Assembly (NCBI GenBank): GCA_002269645.1
Contig: NIVC01002991.1
Location: 62,001-126,000, forward strand
Length of the DNA stretch: 64,000 nucleotides
Direction: 5' to 3'
DNA from: Macrostomum lignano
Lineage: Eukaryota
Shown here: positions 38,046 to 50,180 of the stretch, one piece after another
Position numbering within the stretch: the first letter of the stretch is position 1
Layout: each line of letters starts with the position of its first letter
The notes under the pieces: model-generated
What the model was told of the DNA's origin: nothing
The model's input: only the letters and a program-made list of their open reading frames with translations
Database searches by the model: none
Program-made: the position numbers and the translations under genes

Positions 38046-38119
38046 CTGCAAATTGGAAAATGAAAACTTAGAGAAACTCGAGTTCGTCCTATGAATAGTG
38101 TGACAGAGTTCAGTCTTAC

Positions 38120-38294
38120 TGGAGTAGGCGGTCAGGGCCGGATGATGGAGCATCTCGTGATGAGCCGGCGGTGTGGCGATCCCGACGCCCAGGTTGCCCA
38201 TCATGGCGAAGCCCTGCTTGCCCAGTCCGCTGGCGCCTCCCGGATGCGGGTTATAATTGAACTGCGAGCCGTGGTGATAGCCGCTCCAGTCCAT
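38120..38294 (-). CDS. otx: Otx-B exon 1
   Basis: ATG 38294 MDWSGYHHGSQ...HHEMLHHPALTAYS; phase-1 donor A|GTAAGA at 38119; 74-bp intron 38119-38046. Confidence 0.87.
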
Positions 38295-38646
38295 CGCTCT
38301 ACAGCTGGAATGAAATCACCAAACCTATAGTTGGTATTCAGTTCCCGATTTGAAGAACGATGAAGAACACCGGCAGCTGCAGTTCTTGTGTCGATAAAAT
38401 ACTAAATAGAGAGCCAGAGAGGCCTGAGGCACGAGGAAACTTGAGCTCAGGACGATGGGTCCCACTGACACCGGGGCGAGTGGGGCGAGCGTGCGCCGAG
38501 TTAATGGGTCGGCCTCGGATTTCGGATAGACAGGTAGAGAGACGCAGACAGCGTATATGGGAGTTTTAGGGCGAGTGGCGTTGGGTGAAACTGTCGCTTG
38601 AACCCCACTCCCCCGTCACCTTCATCAGCACGGGCTGGGGGATCTC

Positions 38647-39786
38647 TAATCCCCAGCTGGAAAGAGGAGAGGCTGAGACTAAAAGCAGGCGGCCTGTCTG
38701 CAGGTGCACCACGCGGGGCCGCTGAACGGAGTTGCCGCATCGTAAGTCGAGTCGTCGCCATCGCGATGGATTTAGTAGGGGATTAGGGATATTCGGGTGG
38801 GGGCGGCGGGTCAGCGAGAGTTGGGGAACTTTCGGGACGGCCGATGGCTGTCAGAGGAGATGCTGAGGGGGGGGAAGTTTTAGCGAAATGGGAAGCCGAG
38901 TTTCGGAGCCCCATCGGAGCCACCCCCCCCCCCTGTTGCCCCACCTGAGCTCGAGTTTGTCTTCTATTCATATTTTCCCTGCAATTGTCAGGGGAGAGAC
39001 AAGCGGAGGATGGGCTCAAGCCATTTTTTTCATCAGCTGCCTCTCTCGCCCTGCTTTTGCCCCGTGTCTCCCGCCTCTTGCCCGGGGGCCCTGCCATTCG
39101 AATGGAAGGGATTAGCGAGAGGATTAAAGGACTGAAAACATGTCACTCTGATGGCCCGGGAGGGGTTGGGTGGGGTGGGTCGAGAGAGAGAAATAGAGGA
39201 AGGGAGCAGCGCCTGCAGCCCCCAGGGTGCAGAGACTGGAGACAAAAACTCGCTGGCGTAAGCAGCGACAGCTCGGCGCAGCTTCATCCCCAATGGCCTG
39301 CCCTCTCCCGTATAGCCGCACAGGGTCTAAATAGGTTTTTCTTTTGCGCACGCAATTTCGGGATAAAAATGAACGGCGGTTTGCTAAAAATTTGTTAAAA
39401 TCCGTTTTAAAACGGAATGACGGAAAACAGAAGCTATGGAGATGAAGGCGGGACCCGGAGTCGAAGGGGGCGGAAATAGGGCGGATTTGTCGTAAAACTG
39501 GGCGGTAAGGGGCGGATTTATTAATAAATAAGGAGGAAAACTTTATAATTAGAAATTTTACGAAACAAATGAGGCAAAAAATCTGTGGGAAGCAACAAAA
39601 ATAGTAACCCAATTTGGTTGAGCAAAATGACCAGACAATGGGAGAATGCTGTTAAATCGATACTCACCTGAATCGTTTGACACTTGAGATTTTAATAATA
39701 GAAAAGGCGGCCTTCGAAGCCTCAAAGCTGGAGATCTTCTTCTAGAAGGAGCCGGGCAAGGATGGGAGTCCCGCTGGAGGGGATTA
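38647..39786. promoter_or_regulatory. Cluster of 5 K50 sites upstream of Otx-B
   Basis: TAATCC/GGATTA at 38647, 38780, 39109, 39121, 39781. Confidence 0.45.
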
Positions 39787-40119
39787 AGAAGGGATTTGGC
39801 GAGCGGGTTGGCGACTGCGGGACGAAGCGAATCGGGCAGCTGTGTTTGGACTGGACACGATGGGGCAGGGAGGCTGGAATAAGGCGCTAGCAGAAGCAGG
39901 CGGAAGATAAGCTCAAGAAATCTGCAGCGCCGGGTTGGAGCTTGGCGCAGAAACTGTTTCTGTCGCGGAGGCCGGCCAATCCGGCGAGTCCAAGCGAACC
40001 GATTGGCTGCTGGAGATGGCGAGGCCACCCCTGTGCAGCTGCTCAAAACCTGCCTGCCTGCTCAACTGCTGCAGCCAATTTCTTTTTGCCCTGGTTACTG
40101 AGTTAGACAAGTGAAAAAA

Positions 40120-40890
40120 CTGGGAGGAGCTGGGAGGAGCTGGAAGGATCTGGGAGGATCTGGGAGGATCTGGGAGAATCTGGGAGGATCTGGAAGGATC
40201 TGAGAGGATCTGGGAGGATCTGAGAGGATCTGGAAGGATCTGAGAGGATCTGGAAGGATCTGAGAGGATCTGGAAGGATCTGAGAGGATCTGAGAGGATC
40301 TGAGAGGATCTGGGAGGATCTGGGAGGATCTGGGAGGATCTGGGAGGATCTGGGAGGATCTGGGAGGATCTGGGAGGATCTGGGAGGATCTGGGAGGATC
40401 TGGGAGGATCTGGGAGGATCTGGGAGGATCTGGGAGGATCTGGGAGGATCTGGGAGGATCTGGGAGGATCTGGGAGGATCTGGGAGGATCTGGGAGGATC
40501 TGGGAGGATCTGAGGATCTGGGGGGATAAGAGAGGATCTGAGAGGATCTGGAAGGATTTAAGAGGATCTGAGAGGATCTGGGAGGATCTGGAAGGATCTG
40601 GGAGGATCTGGGAGGATATGGGAGGATCTGGGAGGATCTGGGAGGATCTGGGAGGATCTGGGAGGATCTGAGAGGATCTGGGAGGATCTGAGAGGATCTG
40701 GGAGGATCTGGGAGGATCTGGGAGGATCTGGGAGGATCTGGGAGGATCTGGGAGGATCTGAGGATCTGGGGGGATAAGAGAGGATCTGAGAGGATCTGGA
40801 AGGATTTAAGAGGATCTGGGAGGATCTGGGAGGATCTGGGAGGATCTGGGAGGATCTGGGAGGATCTGGGAGGATCTGAAGATCTGGGAG
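40120..40890. repeat. 10-bp satellite GGAGGATCTG, about 75 copies
   Basis: Includes an internal about 249-bp duplication marked by GGGGGGATAAG at about 40520 and 40769. Confidence 0.95.
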
Positions 40891-41644
40891 TTGAAGGAAT
40901 TCAAATCTGAGGAAAATGCTTCAGCATCCTAGAACGAGTCCAGTCTGGAATAATCCCCATCACGGAATCGCTCAACACTAGTAGCTTCCATTTTTAGCGC
41001 AGATCAGCTCCATACTCCCTTCTCCATCATCCAGCTTCCCTTTTGCGCAGGTGTCCGACATATTCATTCGTTTTCTTCTTGCAAGAACTCGCGTGCCACG
41101 TGGCTAAGGCAATCTCCTCTGCACGCGGTCGGCCTTGCAAAAAAGGCTTCTGAGGAGCAGAGCTCAAGAGCTGGTGGGAGATGAGACTCGAAAATGAGGA
41201 TGAGCAGAGGCAAAACCTATGTCACTTCTACCTGAAATGCATATCATATAAAGATGATCTATTTTTAATTAACTTAATAAGCTAAAATGTCTGTCTCTTC
41301 TAGAAGATCGGTGAGCTTCCTTTCACACGAAAGAAACCCCGCAGAAGCTCGTTAAGCTATCTGCGAACTTTTTCTGAAAATTTTGCCTGATCTATGCGTA
41401 ACGGTTTAGTATGGCTGTTTGGAACTGATTTCATAAAATCTTGGAATGAGACTAGTTGAAGATGAAGATTACACTGACTCAGACTGATGGTTGTGTATTT
41501 GAAATAGGCAGCTGTTCGCCTTAATATAATTTTGCACTTATGTAAGATTTTCTTTTTACACTTTATTCTTTTACTCTGTACTATTTTACTATACATGACT
41601 TACTCTTTGACACAAAACCGCGAATTTCTGTCTGACATGCGTCA

Positions 41645-41995
41645 TTAGATGCATGTAGGTCTAATCAGATGCATGTAGATCTAATCCGATGTATGTAGAT
41701 CTAATCAGATGTATGTAGATCTAATCAGATGTATTTAGATCTAATCAGATGCATGTAGATCTAATCAGATGCATGTAGATCTAATCAGATGTATTTAGAT
41801 CTAATCAGATGCATGTAGATCTAATCAGATACATGTAGATCTAATCAGATGCATGTAGATCTAATCAGATGTATTTAGATCTAATCAGATGCATGTAGAT
41901 CTAATCAGATGCATGTAGATCCAATCAAAAAGGATTAGATGCATGTAGATCCAATCACACATGATTAGATGCATGTAGATCCAATCAGATAGGAT
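41645..41995. repeat. 20-bp minisatellite, about 17 copies
   Basis: Unit GATCTAATCAGATGCATGTA. Confidence 0.93.
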
Positions 41996-42794
41996 TAACA
42001 TGCATATAAATTTTAGACAAACAAATCATTGAAAATTTTTAACCATATTGCTAGGTGCTAATTGCTCAATTCAGCAGCGTCACCGGCCTTGACGACGGAG
42101 GCTGGGGGGTTGGCGTGCTCAGATTCGAAAGGATTTGGGAAGATCTGGAATGAGAGGATCAGCTAATCTGTTTGCTGACAAAGGAGCCGCCCCACCATAT
42201 TTCTGTTCGCTTTGGACCACCGACGGAACGAGAAAAGAGAGCGGAGGCTGGCCGGGGGGGGAATTAATTCGAAAAACACAGAGAAATTCATTTCCCAATA
42301 TCCCCGACGCCCTTTTCGCCACTTTCATTTCCGCCCAGAAGCTGCTGATGAGGCTGGCAGGGCAGTTAATCTCCGTCTCCTTTGGCGCAAAAAGAAATTG
42401 TTGTCCGCCATGCCTAGCGGAGGACCCGAGACCCCCCGCTGGGCGGGTGGGGCCCAAAATTATCGACGAGAAACTTTCGGAAGCTGCGGCCCCACTAATC
42501 CCTCACACGGGCGCGGGAGATGTTTTAGAAAATGGGGGGGGGAACAGCGCGCGAGGGAGCTTAGCCGGGGATTAAATCCCCGAAACTGTGATGAGGCAAT
42601 TTCGCGCAAGCCGAAGCCGAGGAAGACACAGAGAGAGAGGAGGGGAGGGGAGCTCAGGCCTCAAGACTGGGATTTCGATTCGATTTATTTTCCTTCTTCT
42701 GTGCCTCGCCTCCGAGCCACACCCCGAATGAGGCTGGTACACCTGACAGCTCTGCATTCTTGGCTTTGATATTTCTTTGAGGCGGCAGCGGCGC

Positions 42795-43335
42795 CAAAAC
42801 TGAAGGACTGAAATGAAGAGACGGAGGCGCTAAAACTGAAGGACTGAAATGAAAAGACAGAGGCGCCAAAACTGAAGGACTGAAATGAAAAGACAGAGGC
42901 GCCAAAACTGAAGGACTGAAATGAAAAGACAGAGGCGCCAAAACTGAAGGACTGAAATGAAAAGACAGAGGCGCCAAAACTGAAGGACTGAAATGAAAAG
43001 ACAGAGGCGCCAAAACTGAAGGACTGAAATGAAAAGACAGAGGCGCCAAAACTGAAGGACTGAAATGAAAAGACAGAGGCGCCAAAACTGAAGGACTGAA
43101 ATGAAAAGACAGAGGCGCCAAAACTGAAGGACTGAAATGAAAAGACAGAGGCGCCAAAACTGAAGGACTGAAATGAAGAGACAGCGGCGCCATAACTGAA
43201 TGACTGAAATGAACAGACAGAGTGAATGACTGAAATGAAGAGACAGCGGCGCCAAAACTGAAGGACTGAAATGAAAAGACAGCGGCGCCAAAACTGAAGG
43301 ACTGAAATGAAGAGACAGCGGCGCCAAAACTGCAG
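42795..43335. repeat. 36-bp minisatellite, about 14 copies
   Basis: Unit GCGCCAAAACTGAAGGACTGAAATGAAAAGACAGAG. Confidence 0.95.
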
Positions 43336-44044
43336 TATTAATGGAGATGGCTACAGATAAACCTTGGCTCATAAATCACAACAGGTAAAATAGAGAAATG
43401 AAATTCTCGATGAAAGTTTTCTTAAACAAAAGTTAGGGATCGAGAGGCAGACAGGACGTGACTCCCTGTTGTTCGAATAATTCGATTTCTGAGTTGGCGA
43501 CTTTCTCACTCGCTCACTGAGTTTGACTGGCGGCCGGTTCTGACAGAAGGTCGTGCGGCGAGAGAGGCCAGCTCAAGATCGGTATCAAATTAAGCCTGGG
43601 CATATGGAACTGCTGATCGCAACAGATCCCAGCAATTTTTTATTGCCTCCCATTGCGAGAGAATGGGGAAATTCGGATGAGGAGGTGGGTAAGGGAAAAG
43701 GGGGCCAGAAGCTTTTGATCATGCACCCACAGTCGAAATCCCAGCGAAGATGGCCAGATGACAGGTGCCCTTATCTTCCCTTGGCCAGTCGCTTCTTTGA
43801 CAGAATTTTCTCAGCCAAGAAGGAATTGAAATCTGCGTTGCATGCTTGAGAAATCGGATGCGTGAAATTTTCTGGCAAAGAAATAAATCTTATCGGACGC
43901 AGGGCTCCACTTGAGTGGATTGAAATTCCGCAAATATGGCGCCATTCGGCTTAGCAACTGCAGGTTGTGCTTAAAGACTTTTTCTGAGTCTTTGAAATTC
44001 AGAATAATTTCGAATAGTTTAAATTAAAGTTAGAGAGAGTCTTG

Positions 44045-44660
44045 GCGCCGAATAGGAGGATTAGCGCCGAATAGTGGGATTAGCGCCAAATAGAAGGATT
44101 AGCGCCAAATGGAAGGATTAGCGCCAAATAGGAGGATTAGCGCCAAATGGAAGGATTAGCGCCAAATAGGAGGATTAGCGCCAAAGGAGAATTTTAGCGC
44201 CAAATAGGAGGATTAGCGCCAAATGGGAGGATTAGCGCCAAATGGGAGGATTAGCGCCGAAAAGGGGAATTAGCACCAAATAGGAGGATTAGCGCCAAAT
44301 AGAAGGATTAGCGCCAAATAGGAGGATTAGCGCCAAATAGGAGGATTAGCCCCAAATGGGAGGATTAGCGCCAAATGAGAATTTTAGCGCCAAATAGGAG
44401 GATTAGCGCCAAATAGGATGATTAGCGCCAAATTAGAGGATTAGCGCCAAATAGAAGGATTAGCGCCTAATGAGAAGATTAGCGCCAAATAGGAGGGTTA
44501 GCGCCGAATAGGAGGATTAGCGCCAAATGAGAGGATTAGCGCCAAATGAGAGGATTAGCGCCAAATGAGAGGATTAGCGCCAAATGAGAGGATTAGCGCC
44601 AAATGAGAGGATTAGCGCCAAATGAGAGGATTAGCACCGAATAGGGGGATTAGCGCCGAA
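44045..44660. repeat. 19-bp minisatellite carrying GGATTA in most units
   Basis: Unit AATAGGAGGATTAGCGCCA, about 32 copies, 26 with perfect GGATTA (counted by eye). Confidence 0.95.
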
Positions 44661-45015
44661 TATAAGAATTTTCACCCCACAATAGCCAATTATCCCGGTG
44701 ATTTCAGGATGCCGCACAAACTAATTACCTGCGTAGAAGCCATATAGAGATGGCCGGGCCCCAAATCAGTCAATATTATTAAGAAAGCCGAGCAACAGAG
44801 AAATATGCGGTGTCATAAATTAGACTCAGGCACAGGACCAGCTCCCCCCCCTGCCAGACAGGCCCCTCAACTCGCTTTGCAGTCACACCTCGCACTGGCC
44901 AGCGCACAATTGATGAGCTCACTACGTGCTCAGTTGGCCAGCTAGCGGCGGCACCTTGGCATTTATCAACTTTCTGAACGCGAGAGCGCTTTTAATTAAG
45001 AAAAACTGCGACTTT

Positions 45016-45051
<36 letters not shown>

Positions 45052-45474
45052 CGTAGTTTTGTTGCTGGACGTGCCGTGCCGAAATGAGTAACAGAAAATG
45101 AAATTCTGACCAATTTTAATAGTATATAGATATAATAGAAAGAGTTTTAGCAGGCAAATACCTACCTGACTAGTCCGCTATCATGGGGCGCATTGTGCCG
45201 GTCTGTAACTCTACAGACACAATGCCTCATTTGCATAATCAGGCTCTGTTTGCCTGAATGGGCCATTGTCAGAAAATTTACATTCCGTTTATTTACTGCC
45301 AGCATATTGACCCAAGCGATGAGAGTGCGATGTTCATTGCTGCAGTCTGGATGGCTTTTTATAGTCTTTTTCCAGACGCATAAACTTTTTTGAGAAAATC
45401 AAGAGTTCACAGAAAAGACTTGGGGTGCTGTGCTGTTCAAGTGAAGCTGAGTAAAACCGTGTTTTAATTCTATT

Positions 45475-46350
45475 CCGAGGATCTGGGAGAATTCTAGTCT
45501 GAGGATCTGGGAGAATTCTAGTTTGAGGATCTGGAAGAATTCTAGTCTGAGCATCTGGGAGAACTCTAGTCTGAGGATCTGGTAGAATTCTAGTCTGAGC
45601 ATCTGGGAGAATTCTAGTCTGAGGATCTGGGAGAATTCTAGTCTGAGGATCTGGGAGAATTCTAGTTTGAGGATCTGGTAGAATTCTAGTCTGAGCATCT
45701 GGGAGAACTCTAGTCTGAGCATCTGGGAGAACTCTAGTCTGAGCATCTGGGAGAACTCTAGTCTGAGCATCTGGGAGAACTCTAGTCTGAGGATCTGGGA
45801 GAATTCTAGTTTGAGGATCTGGGAGAACTCTAGTCTGAGGATCTGGGAGAACTCTAGTCTGGTCATATGGTAGAATTCTAGTCTGAGCATCTGGGAGAAC
45901 TCTAGTCTGGTCATATGGGAGAATTCTAGTCTGAGCATCTGGGAGAATTCTAGTCTGAGCATCTGGGAGAATTCTAGTCTGAGGATCTGGGAGAACTCTA
46001 GTCTGGTCATATGGGAGAATTCTAGTCTGAGCATCTGGGAGAACTCTAGTCTGGTCATCTGGGAGAATTCTAGTCTGAGCATCTGGGAGAATTCTAGTCT
46101 GAGCATCTGGGAGAATTCTAGTCTGAGCATCTGGGAGAACTCTAGTCTGAGCATCTGGGAGAACTCTAGTCTGAGCATCTGGGAGAACTCTAGTCTGAGC
46201 ATCTGGGAGAACTCTAGTCTGAGCATCTGGGAGAACTCTAGTCTGAGCATCTGGGAGAATTCTAGTCTGAGCATCTGGGAGAACTCTAGTCTGAGCATCT
46301 GGGAGAATTCTAGTCTGAGCATCTGGGAGAATTCTAGTCTGAGGATCTGG
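45475..46350. repeat. 24-bp minisatellite, about 36 copies
   Basis: Unit TCTGGGAGAATTCTAGTCTGAG(C/G)A; explains ORF 45399-46499 (MLRLEFSQ)n. Confidence 0.95.
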
Positions 46351-47024
46351 AAGGTCCAGGCCGACTTGCTAGCTTTAAGTATGACTGGCTTCGGAAAACT
46401 TTGGGAAAATTTACTGCAGCATGGCCCTACAAATTCCGAGTCTATTTGAAGACACGCATCACCTCCAATTTTTGAAATTCCGAAGCAATTAGCTTGCATT
46501 AGTTAGTCGTAAGCGATGCGCCCTCAATTCCACACAACTGCGGCTGTGTGGCAATGTCCCAGACATGATCTGTCTAAAATTAACAAGAGAGGTTGCGAAA
46601 CCAAGTTTTGGTTGATTGCGCACACCCAGTGCAAATGAACCAAGACTCCTGTTAGCACAAAGACTCAACAATCTCTATGAGCTCATATAGCTTCGATTCG
46701 GAGTTCATGCGAGTGAAAATCCAAACAAATTACGACGGACCACCGACCCTGGCAGTTTCGATTGTCAAACCTGTTTGCTCTTCGGGTCCGATACAAACAG
46801 AACGATATTGGCTATTAGAGTTGGTTATTAAATACTGTCTCAGAACTGGCGGTAGCGAGCGATCAACCTGATCGTGTCACGTATGGATCGCAGATCCCCG
46901 CTGCATTGAGAGACGTTAGCGATCTATATTGGATTGTCGCATTATTTGAAAACATATTTTACTCACTATGGCTTGCAAACTGCAATAGTTAGCAATATTA
47001 AACTTTGCTTTTGGATCAGGAGTG

Positions 47025-47635
47025 ATTATCATGGGGCGGATCAGGAGTGATTCTCATGTGGTGGATCAGGAGTGATTCTCATGGGGCGGATCAGGAGTGA
47101 TTCTCATGGGGCGGATCAGGAGTGATTCTTGTAGGGCGGATCAGGAGTGATTCTTGTGGGGCGGATCAGGAGTGATTCTCATGGGGCGGATCAGGAGTGA
47201 TTCTTGTAGGGCGGATCAGGAGTGATTCTTGTGGGGCGGATCAGGAGTGATTCTCATGGGGCGGATCAGGAGTGATTCTTGTAGGGCGGATCAGGAGTGA
47301 TTCTTGTGGGGCGGATCAGGAGTGATTCTTGTGGGGCGGATCAGGAGTGATTCTTGTGGGGCGGATCAGGAGTGACTCTCATGGGGCAGATCAGGAGTGA
47401 TTCTTGTGGGGCGGATCAGGAGTGACTCTCATGGGGCAGATCAGGAGTGATTCTTGTGGGGCGGATCAGGAGTGACTCTCATGGGGCAGATCAGGAGTGA
47501 TTCTTGTGGGGCGGATCAGGAGTGATTCTTGTGGGGCAGATCAGGAGTGATTCTCATGGGCGGATTAGGAGTGATTCTTGTAGGGCGGATCAGGAGTGAT
47601 TCTTGTGGGGCGGATCAGGAGTGATTCTAAGGGGG
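47025..47635. repeat. 25-bp minisatellite, about 24 copies
   Basis: Unit GGGGCGGATCAGGAGTGATTCTTGT (period 25: 47041, 47066, 47091). Confidence 0.95.
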
Positions 47636-48519
47636 CGAATGTAAAAGCAACTGCCTCCTGCATTCACTTATTTTCGATTTAAATACATGTATGCAGGAGT
47701 ATATCCATAGATTCAATTGCAACAAGTCAGCTACTAAGATTTATAATTACAAAAGCACTTAACACTCGTAGACAGGGTGAAAGCCAAAGCTCAAGGCAAA
47801 TTGAAACATGAAACTTTGCCCAGAGAGGAAATCCGGCTAGATCGAAGGTTTAAATTTGACTCCAACCTGAGCCAGGTGCGCAAGCCCAGTCCCCAGGACC
47901 AGCTACAGGCATTCTACACCGTGTATAGCTGTGTATAAGACAAGCAATATCTGAGCTATTAAAGTCTTGGCCACCTGCTCTCATCAGACAGTTGAATGTC
48001 TAAGAATCAGTGAGTATCGCGGGTTGCCACTCCGGCTCAGACAGCAGACAATACAAGCTATTAATGTGATCGCAATGAGTAGAGGAAGTCAAAGACCAAG
48101 TTAAAGCGCTTAACGTCGATCGGGCGGAAAATCCTCTTCTCCGAAATCAGATATCGGACAGACAGACAGGCGGAGGATGAAAACAATGGCATTGCCGGGC
48201 CGTTCAGAAATGTTTTTTTCGCGGCAAGAACAGAAACCGAAGGAATCCATTTGTAGTGGCCTTGGCACTTAGACAGCGAGACCAGATGTCGCTGTGGACT
48301 TCCGATAAAAAAGGAGGCATTGGCAGATACCGTCTCATGACCGACTGACTGCTTTAACGGGGCACCTTTTTTCGATTGAAGCATTGATAAAAACTTTATT
48401 TTCAATCTGGTAGTTAAAAGCCAGTAGCCAGTGGCCCGAATTCTCGCGAATCGACAGTGTAACGAGAGATGACATGAAGAGATGACCGCCTCAAAAACAT
48501 GATCGAGCTGTGGTGACCG

Positions 48520-48760
48520 ACTCAAATCTAGTGATGATGAGCCGACTCAAATGAGCATCCAGTGAAGATGACTGACTCAAATGAGCATCCAGTGAAGATG
48601 ACTGACTCAAATGCAAGCATCCAGTGAAGATGACTGACTCAAATGAGCATCCAGTGAAGATGACTGACTCAAATGAGCATCCAGTGAAGATGACTGACTC
48701 AAATGAGCATCCAGTGAAGATGACCGACTTAAGTGACCATGACGGACTCAAAATGACCAG
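48520..48760. repeat. 30-bp minisatellite, about 7 copies
   Basis: Unit GACTGACTCAAATGAGCATCCAGTGAAGAT. Confidence 0.9.
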
Positions 48761-49854
48761 CGACCAGTGCTAGTGATGACAAAGTCAAATATTTTGGTGA
48801 TATAAATAAATAAAAGCACAAGACAACAACCGTTATTTTGCTAGTATCTGATTACACTGATTTGCAAGACAATTAAATATCCTAAAGAATAAGCTTAATC
48901 TGGTCTTTAAGTTGTTATTTAGACACGGGGGCTGATGAGACAGGGGTACTCGAAGAACAGTCTTCAATAACAACATTTATAAATGGCAAGTCCTATTAAA
49001 TAAATAGACAAGCAAATTATTGCAGCTACACATAAAATAAAGGTTGATTTTATCCAGACCCCGTCATCAATATTTCTAGCCCCCCCAGCATTGGGACAAC
49101 ATCAACAAATTTAACAAAACTAAAAACACGGTCAGGACACGTCTGTAGTTAATTTATTAAAAAAATACGCGCAAACTTTTTTATAATCATCAAAATTTAC
49201 ATTCATATTAGACTACTCAAAACAAAACAGTTAGTAGCGAGGGAGGGACCTGCCAATTGAAAATATATGCGCTCGGAAAAAACTGTGGGCTTTTCAACTT
49301 TTTAAGCACGCTTTAGTGCGAAAATTTTAGCATAGATTAATATAAATTAGAAGAAAAAAATTAATAAGGACAAGCGAACAGACACCAATTAAAATTTTAT
49401 TGTCAAAAAAGCGATTATGCAATTTTTGAATGCATTAATCCAATCCAATACATTTCTGACGAGGAACAAAACGAATAAAAGGGCTAATCAACAAATAAAA
49501 CTTAGAACAGTTATATCATAGCTTGCATGCGAAATACAACTGGATAGAGCTGTGAAGATCGAATCGAATACCGAACAGGCAGTTCTGATGTAGCATTTAA
49601 ATTTGCCAGAATTTTAACACGGTCAAATTTTGCTATAATTTGTCTGAACAATCATATCAATGAATATTAATGAATTTTTGTAAATTACTAACTGGAATCA
49701 GTGCATACTGTTTTGCGTAATTAATGAGCAAGCAATTATTAAGGTGTTATAAAATTATCCACTGCCGAGAAAATACCAAGTAGCGTATTACGAGGAACTA
49801 TTCAATTTTCCTTTACCTTGAATAGTTTAGCAATTCATTGTATCCACTTTATAG

Positions 49855-50135
49855 TTTAATATAATTGACTACACCTGCTCTAACGGCCAGATGTGCAACC
49901 GACAGCTCAGCCGCATGCTGCGTACGGCTGTTCAGTCCAAGGACTGGGGGGGGGGTCACCACACACCCTCAATTACCCCAGCTAATGCTGGCACCCATTT
50001 TACAGCTGGGTGAACTGAAGCAATGCAGAGTTAAGTGTCTTTGCTCAAGGACACAAATCGTTCCGATTAGGATTGGGAGTCGAACCCCGACCTTCAAGTC
50101 GTGAGTCGTGGGAGTAACCACTAGGCTAAAACCCT
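49855..50135 (-). mobile_element. tRNA-derived SINE with CORE-like central domain
   Basis: Minus strand: A box TAGCCTAGTGGTTA (50128-50115), B box GGTTCGACTCC (50086-50076), then TGTGTCCTTGAGCAAAGACACTTAACTCTGCATTGCTTCAGTTCACCCAGCTGTAAAATGGG resembling the MIR/CORE domain, then a 3' tail ending in AT-rich sequence. Confidence 0.75.
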
Positions 50136-50180
50136 TTAATATTAAAATAGATTAGCAATTCGTTTTATTCCCTTTACTAC

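Noticed and set aside
34086-38094. Long antisense and alternative-frame ORFs over both Otx exon 2 copies (287, 248, 327, 283, 241 aa; also the 399-aa ORF 37095-38294)
   Set aside because: Shadows of GC-rich codon usage. The 399-aa ORF is Otx-B exon 1 read through the 74-nt intron into the wrong frame.
45399-46499. 366-aa ORF (MLRLEFSQ)n
   Set aside because: A 24-bp satellite that happens to be stop-free in one frame; no splice or domain support.
50060-50135. tRNA gene
   Set aside because: A and B boxes are present but no convincing cloverleaf or acceptor stem; it continues into a CORE-like SINE body.
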